64,000 nt of DNA, taken from Phoronis australis (lineage: Eukaryota; Animalia; Phoronida). The notes beneath the pieces are model-generated. The model searched no databases. It had not been told where the DNA came from and saw only the letters and a program-made list of their open reading frames with translations. The stretch covers positions 726,455 through 790,454 of the forward strand of contig NMRA01000163.1 in the NCBI GenBank assembly GCA_002633005.1, in the 5' to 3' direction. Below are positions 23,880-36,324 of the stretch, in pieces; within the stretch, counting starts at the first letter, position 1, and each line of letters opens with the position of its first letter. The position numbers and the translations under genes were made by a program.

Positions 23880-24215
23880 TGTCGTAAGAAGGGACTAACC
23901 TCAAATTTCGAAGGAAACTTTCTCTTGACACTTAAATGAAGTACCAAAAGCTTTTCTATTGTTCCCTCAGGGGTGCCCCATACCTGCCTGTGGAAGCTCA
24001 GATAGGATACTCCTATGTAATCCATTTATTTGCCAAGCAGTCTACACACAGTGATACCAACGGAAGGACCGCATAAAATGCCCCCTCCTCCTTTCTGCAG
24101 GCTTGGGACTGGCAAGATGCAACACATAACAATGTGATGCAACTTGGCGGAGTTAGGCATTGTGGTTTCAACTGGACGTCATGCTAAACAGAACTGGCAC
24201 AGTGGATTTTTGGAA
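23880..24215 (-). pseudogene. Decayed KolX / P2X7 C-terminal ballast-like coding remnant
   Basis: Broken frames give CQFCLA, SCIT and SYLSFHRQVWGT-(NNRKA in a shifted frame)-SVKRKFPS, resembling CxCxxC...CIT...AYRxFxxWxxGxLGxxxR..lPsC....IRxxFP. Confidence 0.45.
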
Positions 24216-24621
24216 ATAATTCTCAGAAAAATAACACTCGAAACTGCATTTCCTAAGTTGTACATTGTCAAACAAGAGCAACACAGGAGGTTGAAATGTA
24301 CTCACGAATGCATCGCTAATGGTGTGCTTCTGGGGGTGTATATTTGTATCATAAAAATGGCCAATAGATGGCACAAAATACATCTTCTTATGAGGAAGTT
24401 TAATTTTTTTAATTTTTGTGATACGTGTGTCCATGCACTATAGGCAACAGATTCGCAACTACACTCAGCTTACGGTAAGTGTATTCTGACGGGAAATTTT
24501 TGCATCTATTTTACTGTCCAGTAAAACGAAAAAAAAAAATTATTTCGGCATCGAAACGCTGTGCAAATTCTTCCAGTAGTAGAACTATTGGTATCGTGCT
24601 ACTACCACCTGACCACGACCA

Positions 24622-25451
24622 TTATTAGCAGACAATGTACTTACCAGAAGTAAAACATGCTATGTCTGCCAGGTGTCGAACAACCAATCAGTTTTAGTGA
24701 ACAAAAATTGACAAATTTTAAAATTGGTCATGAAGATATGACTTCCCAAACTACAGCTCATTTTGGCAAAACTTTTCTGATAATTTGAATGGGGTAGGTG
24801 AATTTGGGGCACTCCGGGCCCTTACTAAGGCCAAAAAAGTATGATACATTTCTAGAGAGGACAGACAAGGGGCTATCAGATGCACAAAGAATTTTTGAAA
24901 TCGAAAACAAAGTAATTTTGGACCCAAAAATGACAGTTGGGTGGGTCACTTTGGTGGACCACTATTACCTAATTAACGGGCCGGTCACGCTGAAACTTGG
25001 GGGCTGACCATTTAGAAGATTGGCCTTTCGAATAAGAACATAAACTTTAAAATCGAAGCCTATATATAGTCCAGGGTTTTTAGGAGGCGGAAAAAGTTTT
25101 TGTCTCCATTTTCAAAAATTCTTTTCCAGATCGAGGTAGAATGCTGATAAATTAAACCCGCCAAGTTTGAGTTGGATTGGATCATTAGTAAGGTCACACG
25201 GCAAGATCAAAGTTGAAAAACATCATTTTTAGACCTTTTCACGCCTTAAAAATTTTTTGACCCCGATTTCAAAACTTCTTTCATTGTTGGATAGCCCTTT
25301 ACTTACTGACTCCAAAAACGTAAGTCGCCACTTCTGGTAAGCCCTAATAAGGTCACAGCAGAGGATCAAAGCTGGCGTGCGTTCAGTAGACGCTAGGACC
25401 TACGCTAGGACCTACGCTAGGACCTACGCTAGGAACTAGCTAAAGTCTAGT
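24622..25451 (+). mobile_element. Possible nested HINE/Helitron-like non-autonomous insertion
   Basis: 5' GCAGACA...TGTCTGC inverted pair, internal AAGGTCAC repeats, a (GACCTACGCTAG)x3-4 run at 25389-25440, and a terminal ACTAG..CTAGT hairpin ending in CTAG. Confidence 0.4.
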
Positions 25452-26289
25452 CAAGGTCACGTGTTCTCATTTAAAATACACGGCAATATCTCACGTAATC
25501 TCGCGAAGTCTTGCTTTTTAGCGAGGTCCTTGCGTTACTGAACGGGAGGCTGGTCTCTACAAGTAATTTTAACAAAGGGAATACTATCATTTATCATAAG
25601 CATTCGGTTCAAGCCGGTGTGGCAGATTCTTTAACTTCAGGTATACCAGGGTTTACCTTAAATGTTTCCTTATCTTTATCCTCCGGATTCCTCTTAATAT
25701 TTCCGTAACTTAAGTTTACACTTAAAGTTAGTTTCAAGATTTTCCTTATCGTTAACTTAATAGATGTTTTGTATGCACTTGAAACAATACTATGTTACCC
25801 CTACTTGCATTATTTTGCAAATTTCAAAACTTTAACTGAGTGCAAATAATAATACGCAATGCTCATCTGAAAGTGCGGGAAAGTCATCTTTAGTCCATAT
25901 AAAATATCTGTTGTCCAACGTTGCAGTCAGAGTAGAGTTTAAGAGTTCACGAAGGACAAGAGGCACACACACCCGATGAAGAAGTTAACCAAAAGCAAGA
26001 GGTTTAGGCAAAGCCACGGCACACAGTGAGGAAAAGTATAGAGCTATCAGGTCACAAACAAAATTACCTGACTGTCAGCTGTAAAATGAATAACTAATTA
26101 TATATTATTAATAGGTAAATGCTGTATTGGCCAAGGGTCCAAAAAGGGCAACCTTTTTATATGGCAAGTACTTACAAATAGACTGCTTTGAATTACAACA
26201 TGATTGAACAATTTGAAAGAGCAAATTAAATTGGATTAAATAGTGGATTTTTCTGATTATAGTTCAAGTATGATAATGAATGTTTATAT

Positions 26290-27655
26290 TGTACTGAAAT
26301 TTCCATTATAGTCTTGGGACATTTCATCGAAGTGAACACAAAAACAGTGAAGCAGGTGACAAAATAATGATGTTTTGTGGAACACCACTTGATAGATACA
26401 TTCATCTACTTATTCATCCAGTTGTGGTAGAAGAGAAGACACAAATATTGGTCCATCAAACATTTCCCTGGTCTTGGCAATCCATGCTCCGTGATCCCTT
26501 GCTGTCGCCATCGGGTGGTGTCTTTGGGCCACTTCATTTGTTCCTGCATGAAGCACTACCGCGTCATATCCTCCCGTGATGTCAGTCTTTGCAGCAATGA
26601 AAAGGAAATAATTTTTAAGCAACTCAAGTGTCATATGGTTTTTACATCAATAATATTAATAAAATGGCAACAACAATGATTAAAATAATAACAAATATTA
26701 TTAAAATAGAAATAACACTCATAATATCTATACTTATTGTAATACAATAGCCTGTAGCAAAGAATAGGTATGAAACATGAAAATAATAAACTCAACAACA
26801 ATGCTATTATTCACATACAACGACAAATTCAACAATAGTAATCACACACCGTGAACGGATTTTCAAACACTTCAAAAATAAGGTGGTACAAAGGTGAGGT
26901 AACAAGTAAAAAACGAATATTTATATGCGACTTCATAAGCGTAAAAAGAACAAATTTAATTTTCATTCCAAATTTGATTTTCATTTTTAGCCAGACTATA
27001 TAGCGAACTGAAGTTTTGATTTTGTTGTCATGTTAAACTCACCATCTGAGCAAAAGGTAACACATCTTCCACTATGTACTTTAAAGTCGATTTTGATGTT
27101 GCGGCTACTCTCAATGTACTTGTAAATGCTACCAGTGATCAGCTTAACCTAAGAATATGTATTAAATGAAGATTAATGACAATTACCAAAATTAGCAAAA
27201 GACAAGGGGCCCTCCATACTGCACAGTGTTTCCCACAACCTGACGAATTTGGGAATTTGGATTGCTTCCGTCAAGTCTGAAAACTGAGTCACACACTCAG
27301 CATGACACAGTGTAGATTTTGATTTTCAAATATGAAACAGGGTCCATTAGGAGGCTGATGACTTTTTCTCCAGTGCCATGACCACTGTTTTCTTTCAACA
27401 CTACGACCAATGACATTATGCACATCAAAGATTAGGAATGTATCCAAACAAACCCGATCTCATTAGAAACAGGTACTAGCGGCGTTACAGAACTCTACCC
27501 TAGCCCTTGGACTAATGGGCATGTTGTAAAAAGGACATTTGACAACTACACAAGACATTATTTGAGAAAATAATGTTCCAAGAACTCACCATCATTCTGA
27601 CCGGATTGTTCAAAGCTGATCTGATGTATGAAAGTCTCACTGCTATTAGAATCAA
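26290..27655 (-). pseudogene. Spliced, decayed SGNH/GDSL-hydrolase-like gene inside the Kolobok-like element
   Basis: AG/GTGAGT-bounded exons at 27590-27655 and 27043-27148 (VKLITGSIYKYI, block I-like). A downstream segment GGYDAVVLHAGTNEV...IFVSSLLPQLD is block III GxN-like. Stops and frameshifts are present. Confidence 0.5.
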
Positions 27656-29774
27656 CTAATACACATGAATACTGTGGAAATAATAACTTAAAAATAGTTA
27701 CCAAGGTAACAAAACAATTATTCTAGCCCTTTAAACAATATTATTAAAACAAACGAGCCTAAAATGACGTTCAAACTGAAAGATGATGCACAACAAGGTG
27801 ATAACAACTACACAACGGGAATCCTGAACAAGTGAACAATGAGCACAATCGAGTAATTTCGCAGTAGAAGTAGTAAGGCAGGCAGATTTTCGCTAAATAA
27901 TCGCTTGAAATCGCAGTTGATTTTCTGTCTCAGTAATGCCGGAAACCAAAAGGAGGTCACATAGAGGATCCGGTAGGTTGACCTCCCTGCGCGCGCACAG
28001 ACTCCAGCTCTTCCGGTGGTGTAGTGGGGAAAACAAGCGTGGCCTTTTTGCGAACTGAAGGGCTATTTTGTACTTGGTGAAGTTTTGGTTATTGTTTACA
28101 ATTCGACTCCATTAACTTACATACTTGATATTAATATTTTCTGAATCCTCTCGCCAGGGTTATCATGGTGATTCCAAAAATATATTACTCGTAGCGATTA
28201 GGCTCTTCTTATTGATGCATTCACCGTTTTTACGAGGTACATTTTGATGAAAGCTACAACAAAAAGCAACTTTGCACAATGTTTGTTTTTGTACAAAAAC
28301 ATAAGGAATATTCTAATTATTGCAGTGTGAATATCTCATTCAGTTGACCATACACTCAGCTTTAAAACAGTTGGGAAAGTTTTGAAATCGTTTTTTCTTT
28401 GAAAGTCAATTGCGCTTCAAGGCTTGGTTATGTGTCACAACAAAATTAATATTTTTCTAAATTTTACGTACAGCTGAATCGTTCTTTCAATACATGCGTT
28501 GTAACTTTTTGCTTTCTTTATTCAATTCATTAAGGCCCAAAATGTAAAGGCTCTTAATTAGAGTAATAGGCCATGTTGGATTGTGAAGGTTCCAGCCTCC
28601 AATCCTTTTTCCACAGCAAATTCTTATTTTTTCAAATCATGCTTGTCGAATTCTAATGTAACAAACACCTGGTCGCCATGGTAATAGTTAGGCATATCTA
28701 CTTTTATATCACGTAAATTTGTCTTTTTGTTCGATAACGTTTGTAATGCTTAAATGTTAAAGTACTGTGCAGTCTAACTTACTTATTTTGGTAAAAGATT
28801 AGATCACACATAAACTTTACTGTACCGATATTATTTCAGTAGTGACTTATGTGCAGTAGCGGTAACCTTCAACTACCTTGAAAGTCCTTCACTGTAGAAA
28901 CCAAATAGATAATTCCGACTGAAAGCACTTGATTTTAATTTGAACTGTGGATTAAATCATAATCGTCCTCTGATTTGTTCTTTGACTTCTATGACTCAGT
29001 GACCGAAGCATGGTAGAATTAACTTGTCGTAATGAATGGCTGAAATAATATGTTCACTGGCACCTTCAGGTGATATTTTTGATGCCTTGGGTTTGTTGTT
29101 ATTTCAATACATTAACACATCAAATCCATTTCAAGTGTCCTTGTAATTCTGTCATTGAGATTGTCACCTCCACTCAAAATTCAATTATATACGTGTTTAA
29201 TTAAAAGGTGACACCCTTTTTACTCACTGCTGAAAATGAAAAAAAAAATAAAACCGCACTATTTCGTATTAGGCTTGATTATCTATGATACACTGGTTTT
29301 TACATCTTCTTGGCGAAAAACAATTTAATTATGCCAAAAAATGGAGTTGAAAGGAATTATCAAATGAAGCAAGCAGAATTTTGGAGGTTGACTGCTTGTA
29401 GCCATTACATGTACAATACAAAGCTGTTTTCCTGAGCTGACATCCAACAGACAGTTATATAACCACATACATGTATACATGGTCTCAGAATTGACTCGGC
29501 TGAAGTCGGAAAAGGTCATTACTGCTTGGCTTTTCTCATTAACGAAGCTGTTCGGACAAGAACTGCCCTGTGCATTAGATTCACATAGTCCTATTATTTG
29601 TTTTGAAAAGCAGTTGTTTTGGTGAGAAACTATGTCTTTAAACGAATAATAGAAGAATATGGGGTATGAAATAAAAAGAAATGTGGTTCATAAGCAAACT
29701 TTATTAACAGTCAACACATGTGTATACATATTAACTACACCTAAATACATTAGCTGTGAACCAATCTCTTAGCC

Positions 29775-30548
29775 GGTACGGCGTTTTCCCGATGCTCCCA
29801 ACTTGCTCGATTCTATAGCCCAATAACAAGTTGGGAAGACCACCCCTGTAGCCAATATCTTACACGACTGATTAACTCCATTCTGGAATTGATGGTTGGA
29901 AGGCCCGCTCTCTTTTGTTTGATAATTGCGCTAATCTCCGCATGACAGCGGTTTCCCGTTCAGTGACTTTACCCGACGTAGGGGGTTCTGAGCGTGTGAT
30001 ACCCGGTAACATCTAGCTTCTTTGTTAACTGCCAAGCACACTCTTTTGTCTGTTATGACAACAAGCAGGCCAATTATCTACCAGGCTTATTACAGACCAA
30101 GTGTGAACACAGTCAAACTCAGAGTGTCTTCGGAGGAATAGATTGTCGTATTTTTCGGTTGCAGTTGGGCGATTTTGGCGATCGAAAAACTAAACATGAT
30201 CACCATTTGACGAAGATTTCAGATATGCTATTGGTTTATGTTCAAATATGTTACAACTCAACTTTTATATTTAACAGCACAGCCCAGTCAGGGTAGATAC
30301 GATCTTATTGGAGATTAGAGCAATTATCGAACAAAAGAGACTCCATAAATGCCAGAATGGAGTTAATCAGTCGTGTCAGATATGGGCTACAGGGGTAAAC
30401 TGGCAACTTGTTGTTGGGCTATAGAATTGAACAAGTTGGGAGCAACGGGAAAACACCGTAATGGATCAGATTGTATCGCATGACTGGGCTGTGCTGCTAA
30501 AAATGAAAGTTAAGTTAAAACATATTTAAACATAACCCAATAGCATAA
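29775..30548. repeat. Two interleaved inverted-repeat pairs (rearranged MITE ends)
   Basis: 29775-29896 is inverted to 30343-30462, and 30223-30303 is inverted to 30469-30548. Confidence 0.7.
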
Positions 30549-30741
30549 TACCTGTGACAAATACATGTACAACGAGCTTTGAAAAGTGAACAAGGATCAG
30601 TAGGTGAATGCTGGATCTATAAGAAAATCAAGTAAATGGAAAATCTATTATTCTCTGTTTCCACATTTTGACAATGATAATTTATTTGTCAGCAGATTCA
30701 AACAAGATCACCCATCGCATTCAAGTATTTTATGTACTATA

Positions 30742-31035
30742 CAGTGGCCGATCTAGGATACCATTAAGGGGGGCGGCCCAACATGTTGCCTCAGGGAATT
30801 GGGCAAAGAGCGATTGTATGTGCACAAGGGGCCCGAAAGTTGTGGGAGCAGATAATGTAGACCTTCTGTTCAACAAATCTATCGACGCCGCGATCTGAGA
30901 TCTGAACCCCCCATCCGCTACCAGTCCTAGTTACTGAACTCCCTTTTTCTTCGTGCTTCACGCTGTTTCTGTTTCATTTTGCTGGCGGCAGCCAAGGGGG
31001 GGGGGGGGAGGGCAGGCCCCCTGGGTCACCGCCTA
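30742..31035 (+). mobile_element. MITE copy (family of 7397-7737)
   Basis: CAGTGGCCGATCTAGGATACCATTAAGGGGGG start and shared internal blocks. Confidence 0.65.
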
Positions 31036-31924
31036 TGCTATAGACAACTAAGTACAACCTATAAATGAAAGCGTTGATGGAACAAACACTTTCCTGATAG
31101 AAGACAAACCTTCAAGGACAATGACAAGAGCATAAAAAAGCTGAAAATCCCCTATCTTGCATAACAAAAAAAAAACAATATTAACACAACTTATAGATAT
31201 GTCATTACCTCTGTATGCTCCTCACTCACATGAGAACATTTGTATCAAACATTACTGTATGCCACCATGTTTCAGTCCAGTTGTTAAATGTTATCAACTG
31301 TATTTAGAAATGTCGACAACCTGCAAACTTGAAAGACGCCTATTCATATGTTACCTCACTCAGTCTAACATGGTTGCTTTTCAAACAGCGAATGCTGGGC
31401 AGTGGTTTGTAAGATATTGTGCCAAGGCAAGTGGTATGGACAGTATTATTTCACTGGGCCACTTTTGTCTGCATATCATAAAGTCTTAACATACATTAGC
31501 GTATTGTTATGTGGGTCTGTAGCAGAGAAAGGCAAAAATACCGTAGGCCAGAAACGTCTAATCATCTCTATGAGAACATTCAAACCTGTCAACAGAACCT
31601 CAGAGAGTTGTGTTCTGTAACTATTGTCTGATTGTCATCAATATTAAGACCTGATGATATCACACAGCATACCGAGGAAAAACTAATATTCATTAAATTG
31701 CACATTTAAAAATGAAATTAGTATTTCCACTTCATTTGCCAAAAAATAACACTTTTACTCAACAAGTGTTATCTGAACTTCTTCCTTAGTAATCAGATGA
31801 GAAAAGATAACAGATCCCTGCTTAAGGCCATGCTGGCAACGATTGACGATGTCATTTAAAGTGAGGTATCCATGATAGCAAGTACCAGCATATGTTGAAG
31901 AAAACAACAATAGTTTCAGGTCGA

Positions 31925-31969
31925 CTTGACATGTTTCGGTGTCATTTATTCAAACACCATCATCAGAAG
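31925..31969 (-). ncRNA. Minimal type I hammerhead ribozyme (Penelope-type)
   Basis: Minus strand reads CTT CTGATGA T GGTGT-loop-ACACC GAAA CATG TC AAG: intact CUGAUGA and GAAA cores, 5-bp stem II, palindromic helix III and a GUC cleavage triplet. Confidence 0.7.
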
Positions 31970-32550
31970 ACTGAGAGAATGCAGTGGCCACCTAGCTAGG
32001 GGGGCTGAGGTAAAAGGTACAACGGAGCATGACGCACTGTTCAATGCAAAACCCTTTCCGGTACGGTAGGTACAAGTAGTATAGTAGGCAGTAGGCAACG
32101 GCTATACGGTACTGTAACTTAGTATTCATGGTATCCTAGCTCTTATCCTTTTCATAAGGTCCCAGGTTGCCAGTCATTTCAGCCCCTCGGTCACCCACCC
32201 AATCATCCCAGTCAAGCTACGTCAGTTTAGAAACAATTACCAATTAAGACCAGAATAACATAAAGAATGGGCAGTAAACATAATTAAAACGGAAACAATA
32301 ACTCACGACAAACGAATTCATGTCCACCATTCGACTGACGGCGAAATTTTACTTAACAGCTGCTCACTAGATGTCGCAAACGCTTGCTTAATCTCAAGAT
32401 CTCTTGCGTGAAATAGAAATAGAAATTTATTCCAAATTCACTCAAATTTCCAAGTTCACGCACGTCAGGCTCAACTTGTCGAACAGACAAGTCATCTGTT
32501 AACGAACAAGACAAGCACGGCAAACAACAGAGGGCGCCACTTGAAAACGA

Positions 32551-33456
32551 ATGACGTCACGGAGTCTCAATCTGAGTGATCCCCGAACCTGCATTATGGT
32601 ATTTTTATTTTGGGATGAGACAAAAACTGGTGAGGCTTTGCTGGGCTTTGCGCCATTGGACGTTTTGAAGCTGCAGCTGAAAGGTAAGATCATGACTATT
32701 TCTGCTTTATTCTGCAGAATTTGCATTGCAATCAATACAATAGAGTGAAACAACCGCTTTACTTGTTAAGATACAACATCTTTCTTATTTTGTTTTTTAT
32801 TTTGACAGACATCACCCTCAAAATCGGATAATACAGTTGATGTTCTTTTTGTGAGATTAAATGATGAATGACGCAGGTATCTGTTTCAAGACGTAATTAG
32901 CCATCTTGTCGAACTTCAGTTTTCCAATCCTAACCTCGGACCAACAAGTGAGGTCAACTATCGACGGTTGTGTTCATAGCATTCCGGGAGGTAGCGCAAT
33001 GATCAAGTTCTGCATGCGCCGCAGTCCCCGAGCTTCCGTCCCAGGTCCGGGGGTTCTGTACAAGACGTGCCGTCCGGTTCATGGTAACCCCTGAACTAAT
33101 AGATACGTAAATTTAGTCATGCATTTATGTTTGAATGTAGATATTTATGCATATATGTAGTCATGTAACCTTTTTGCGTATGTATTCAGGCTCTCAAAAT
33201 GAAAGAATATAGCCGTTACTTGCCTTCGTGTTAAGTTGTATTTCAGAAAATAGTCTCATTGCTACGCAATACAGAGTTGAATACTAGTTTGACAACGATT
33301 GAAGACGCTAATGTTTCCGAGCATTTTGTGATTGAATTAAAGGGCATCGGAGAAGTGTTGGCAAACTTTGGAACACCAGTAGCCGAATCCACGGAAACGG
33401 CTCCCCCACATGAAATCACTAGTCATGTTCCATTGAAAGGCCGAAATTTGACATAA
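32551..33456 (+). other. Cluster of exon-like segments of unknown identity (pseudogene or lncRNA?)
   Basis: AAG|GTAAGA donor at ~32684, polypyrimidine acceptors at ~32808 and ~33246, and a 65+ codon open segment ending at 33456. The middle segment has stops. No recognisable domain. Confidence 0.25.
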
Positions 33457-33545
33457 CGGAAGAACAACTCTCATTTCAAAAGTGAGTCCCCAGTGGTATC
33501 AGCTGCATCAATTTATGGGAACTGTCCTCACCCCAGAACGCCTGT

Positions 33546-33853
33546 GGCATGGGCGTAATTGGTAGGAACGTGTCGTAACTTGCACGCGCGCACCCAGCCT
33601 AAAGTATTGCGGGGCTCGAATTTTTCGGTATGCGGACCTTTTACTTACAAAAATCAACGAGGACTAAAAAAAATAAAAATTAAAAAAACGGGCCACTAGG
33701 TTCGGGTCTACGAATTGTGCATCCGCGTAGAATTCCTGTGGACGCATTTGTCTCGTTTACTCGAACTTGTTGCTTCGCTAAGGCGGACTTTTTTGCCCAA
33801 TTCGCCAAATTGGAGGACTCCTTCGATCCCTCCGAGGCCCCCTGGGTGCGCCC
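33546..33853 (+). mobile_element. MITE copy (family of 7397-7737)
   Basis: Shares GCGCGCACCCAGCCT, GGACCTT and GACTAAAAAAA blocks with 7470-7560. Ends CCCCCTGGGTGCGCCCTG. Confidence 0.55.
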
Positions 33854-36324
33854 TGAACTTGGGCGTGTATTTTGCCCTATACTGAGGTATCTTCTCGATG
33901 GACATTTCGGCTTCTGGGTGTCGTGTCGCGGGGTGAGTAAATCTAACAAGTTAAATATCATCAGTATCGGGGCGGGGATATCATCATTTGGCCAGTATTG
34001 TTTCGTGTACCTTGACCCTCAGGTTTGCAGTGGTCCGAGGACTTTGAATGTGCGGTGGCACTACCCATTAGGCCAATGTGGACAATATCTTCCCTTGTCC
34101 GCAATTGACTTACTCCACACTGCATCATTCAGCTGTAATATAAGGCAGAAGCTTACCAAGCTCATTTTGTTCAAAAGCCAGTGAATTTTATGGCAGTCGT
34201 ACAAAAACAGCATATTTGGTTCCAATTGTGATTTTTTGAAGTTGATGCGATGTGCTAGTTTTAAGTTGTCCAAATTTTGGAATAAAAAAAAATCCGTACG
34301 ACAGCTTGAAGTTCAGAACGGGTCGGTATACGTTTTTCTCAGCATCGCTTGATGTCGGTTAAAATGGTTCAGGCTTTCTTTCCCCCTGCGTCACCTGATG
34401 CCAGCTGAACTTGGTCGAATTTTTCTGTCTACAAAGTGAGTCGGCGGTTTTCAAAATGACCCATACACAGGTCAGAACCAATTTTGTATTTTTTGGCCTT
34501 TTGAGGTTTCAAGTATGGAAATTGTTTGAATCCCTGGCCAAAATCTTTGAAAAGAAGTGGATGCTCGTTGATGAAAATAACTATTTGCATTTTTTAAATC
34601 GTATATAACTATACCTTTGAAGCCCCGTGCAACTGTGTTTTGAGCTGAAAGTGTAATTATATTCAAATAAAACAAAATTGCTAGGGAGAATTAAATAGCA
34701 GAAACAATTGTTCATCTCATCTACTCCATAGCAAGCTGTGTCAAGTTTTTAGTATTAACTTGCCAAATTAAAAAACCTTAAACCAGTTGAACCTGAAGTG
34801 GACATTAGCAAATCATGTTCTTCAGCCGCGGTTAGTTCGAATGGATAAGTCAACAGGAAATGGACTTAGCTTGTTAGCGTGTCTTCACAAGCAGTCAGAT
34901 TAGCGTAATGGAAAAACAACAAAACTGAGCCAAAATAGTCTCAGCAGGCTGACATTTTTGTCTTGAAGCAGATTTCATAAAAGCTTTGTTATTAACTGTC
35001 TGTCCTGTTGCAGGCAATATTTGTGTTGACTACGTGAAGTTTTAAAGAACATACGAAAAATGCTTTGCTTTTACACGCCATGGTTATTAGTTATTATGTG
35101 GCTGTCTTTATTTTTTAGTTGGTCTTGGCATCGCCTTCTCTGTCGGCCAAGCCACTTTTAAGATAATTATGTAAATTAACTGATATCTTCTGACGAGAAG
35201 AGGACAATGATTTTTGGACGACGCCAACTACTGTTGCGCCTCTTAGTGGCAGTTTTGTTTTTGTTTTATGTGAGTTTTTGTAGTTTCGCAATATGATGGT
35301 GATGTTTGAAATAAAAAATTGAAACTTGTTTGGAATGGCGTCTCAATTTCTTGTTTCTGAGGTTACATGTTTTTGTTACCCTCGTCATTCTTAATGTTAT
35401 TGATGGAAAATCTGCGATTCCATGCATGATGCGCAGATCCAATTGGGTACAATGGTATAAACATTAACATTGCGAGTATTTTATTTTAAATTCTGAATCC
35501 ACCCAATCGCTGCTGTATTTTGACACAGGGTGTATGATACAATGGTTTAAATTTTGAGACAATTTTGAGTGTCAAAATGTACACAATTAATTTTCCACTT
35601 AGGATAAACACTCAGAGTATCACTGAGGTATCACCAGCAGTCTTACAGATTCATTTGTGACGGCGCAAACATGAATATACGCTAACAAAGACATTTTTTC
35701 AATTTTCATAAAGCGTGTATACATTGTACATGTTCTTGGTTGAAGTAGACAATTACAGCCAGTTTTAGGAACTGTCTATCCAAGCACATGGTAATCATTG
35801 GCCAGCAGTGTTTCAGTGAAATTCATTGGCGGATTTATGAGGGTGGGTCTTTTCACGACCTTATAATGACCGTTTAAGCAACGCGTGGGTCACATGTTTA
35901 CAAAGCTTTACGTTACCAATATTCTAAAACCTCGATAGTATTTAAAATTTCAAATTTTCTTCTGAAAAGTTACCGGCTTCCCTGAGGACACCGTGCTTTT
36001 GTTTACATATCGTTCAATATGGCGGACCGCGTGTCACGCGCTGTCTGGCTTGCGAGTACAGTCGTGTCACCTCTATGTATATAGCTCATTGGTCAGCCCC
36101 TCGAGCTGGAAACTCTCTCGCGCTGGCGTAAGATTTAATTCTAACCACAGTGGAAAAATCAGCCGGGATCACCTTTTCAATGTTGTGGCAATTTCAATGT
36201 TGAAAAGTGACCCAAGGCATCCATGACGATCCTTCCTCTCGTGAAAAAGTGACCCTCGGCAGAGGCCCTCGGCTTTGAAGTTTGTTGGAAGGTGTTTTAC
36301 ACAGGGGCCGTGAATAATACGCTT

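Larger units (their letters stand above)
22133..29637. mobile_element. 7.5-kb Kolobok-like DNA transposon with ~1.4-kb imperfect terminal inverted arms
   Basis: TTAA at 22129-22132 and 29638-29641. Termini AGACATAG...CTATGTCT (RR..YY). Arms 22133-23529 and 28238-29637 are colinear reverse complements. Confidence 0.8.

Noticed and set aside
33717-34184. 155-aa ORF
   Set aside because: Starts inside a MITE and has no coding signature.
34824-34860. tRNA-like 5' segment GCCGCGGTTAGTTCGAATGG
   Set aside because: No T-arm/B-box or cloverleaf follows.
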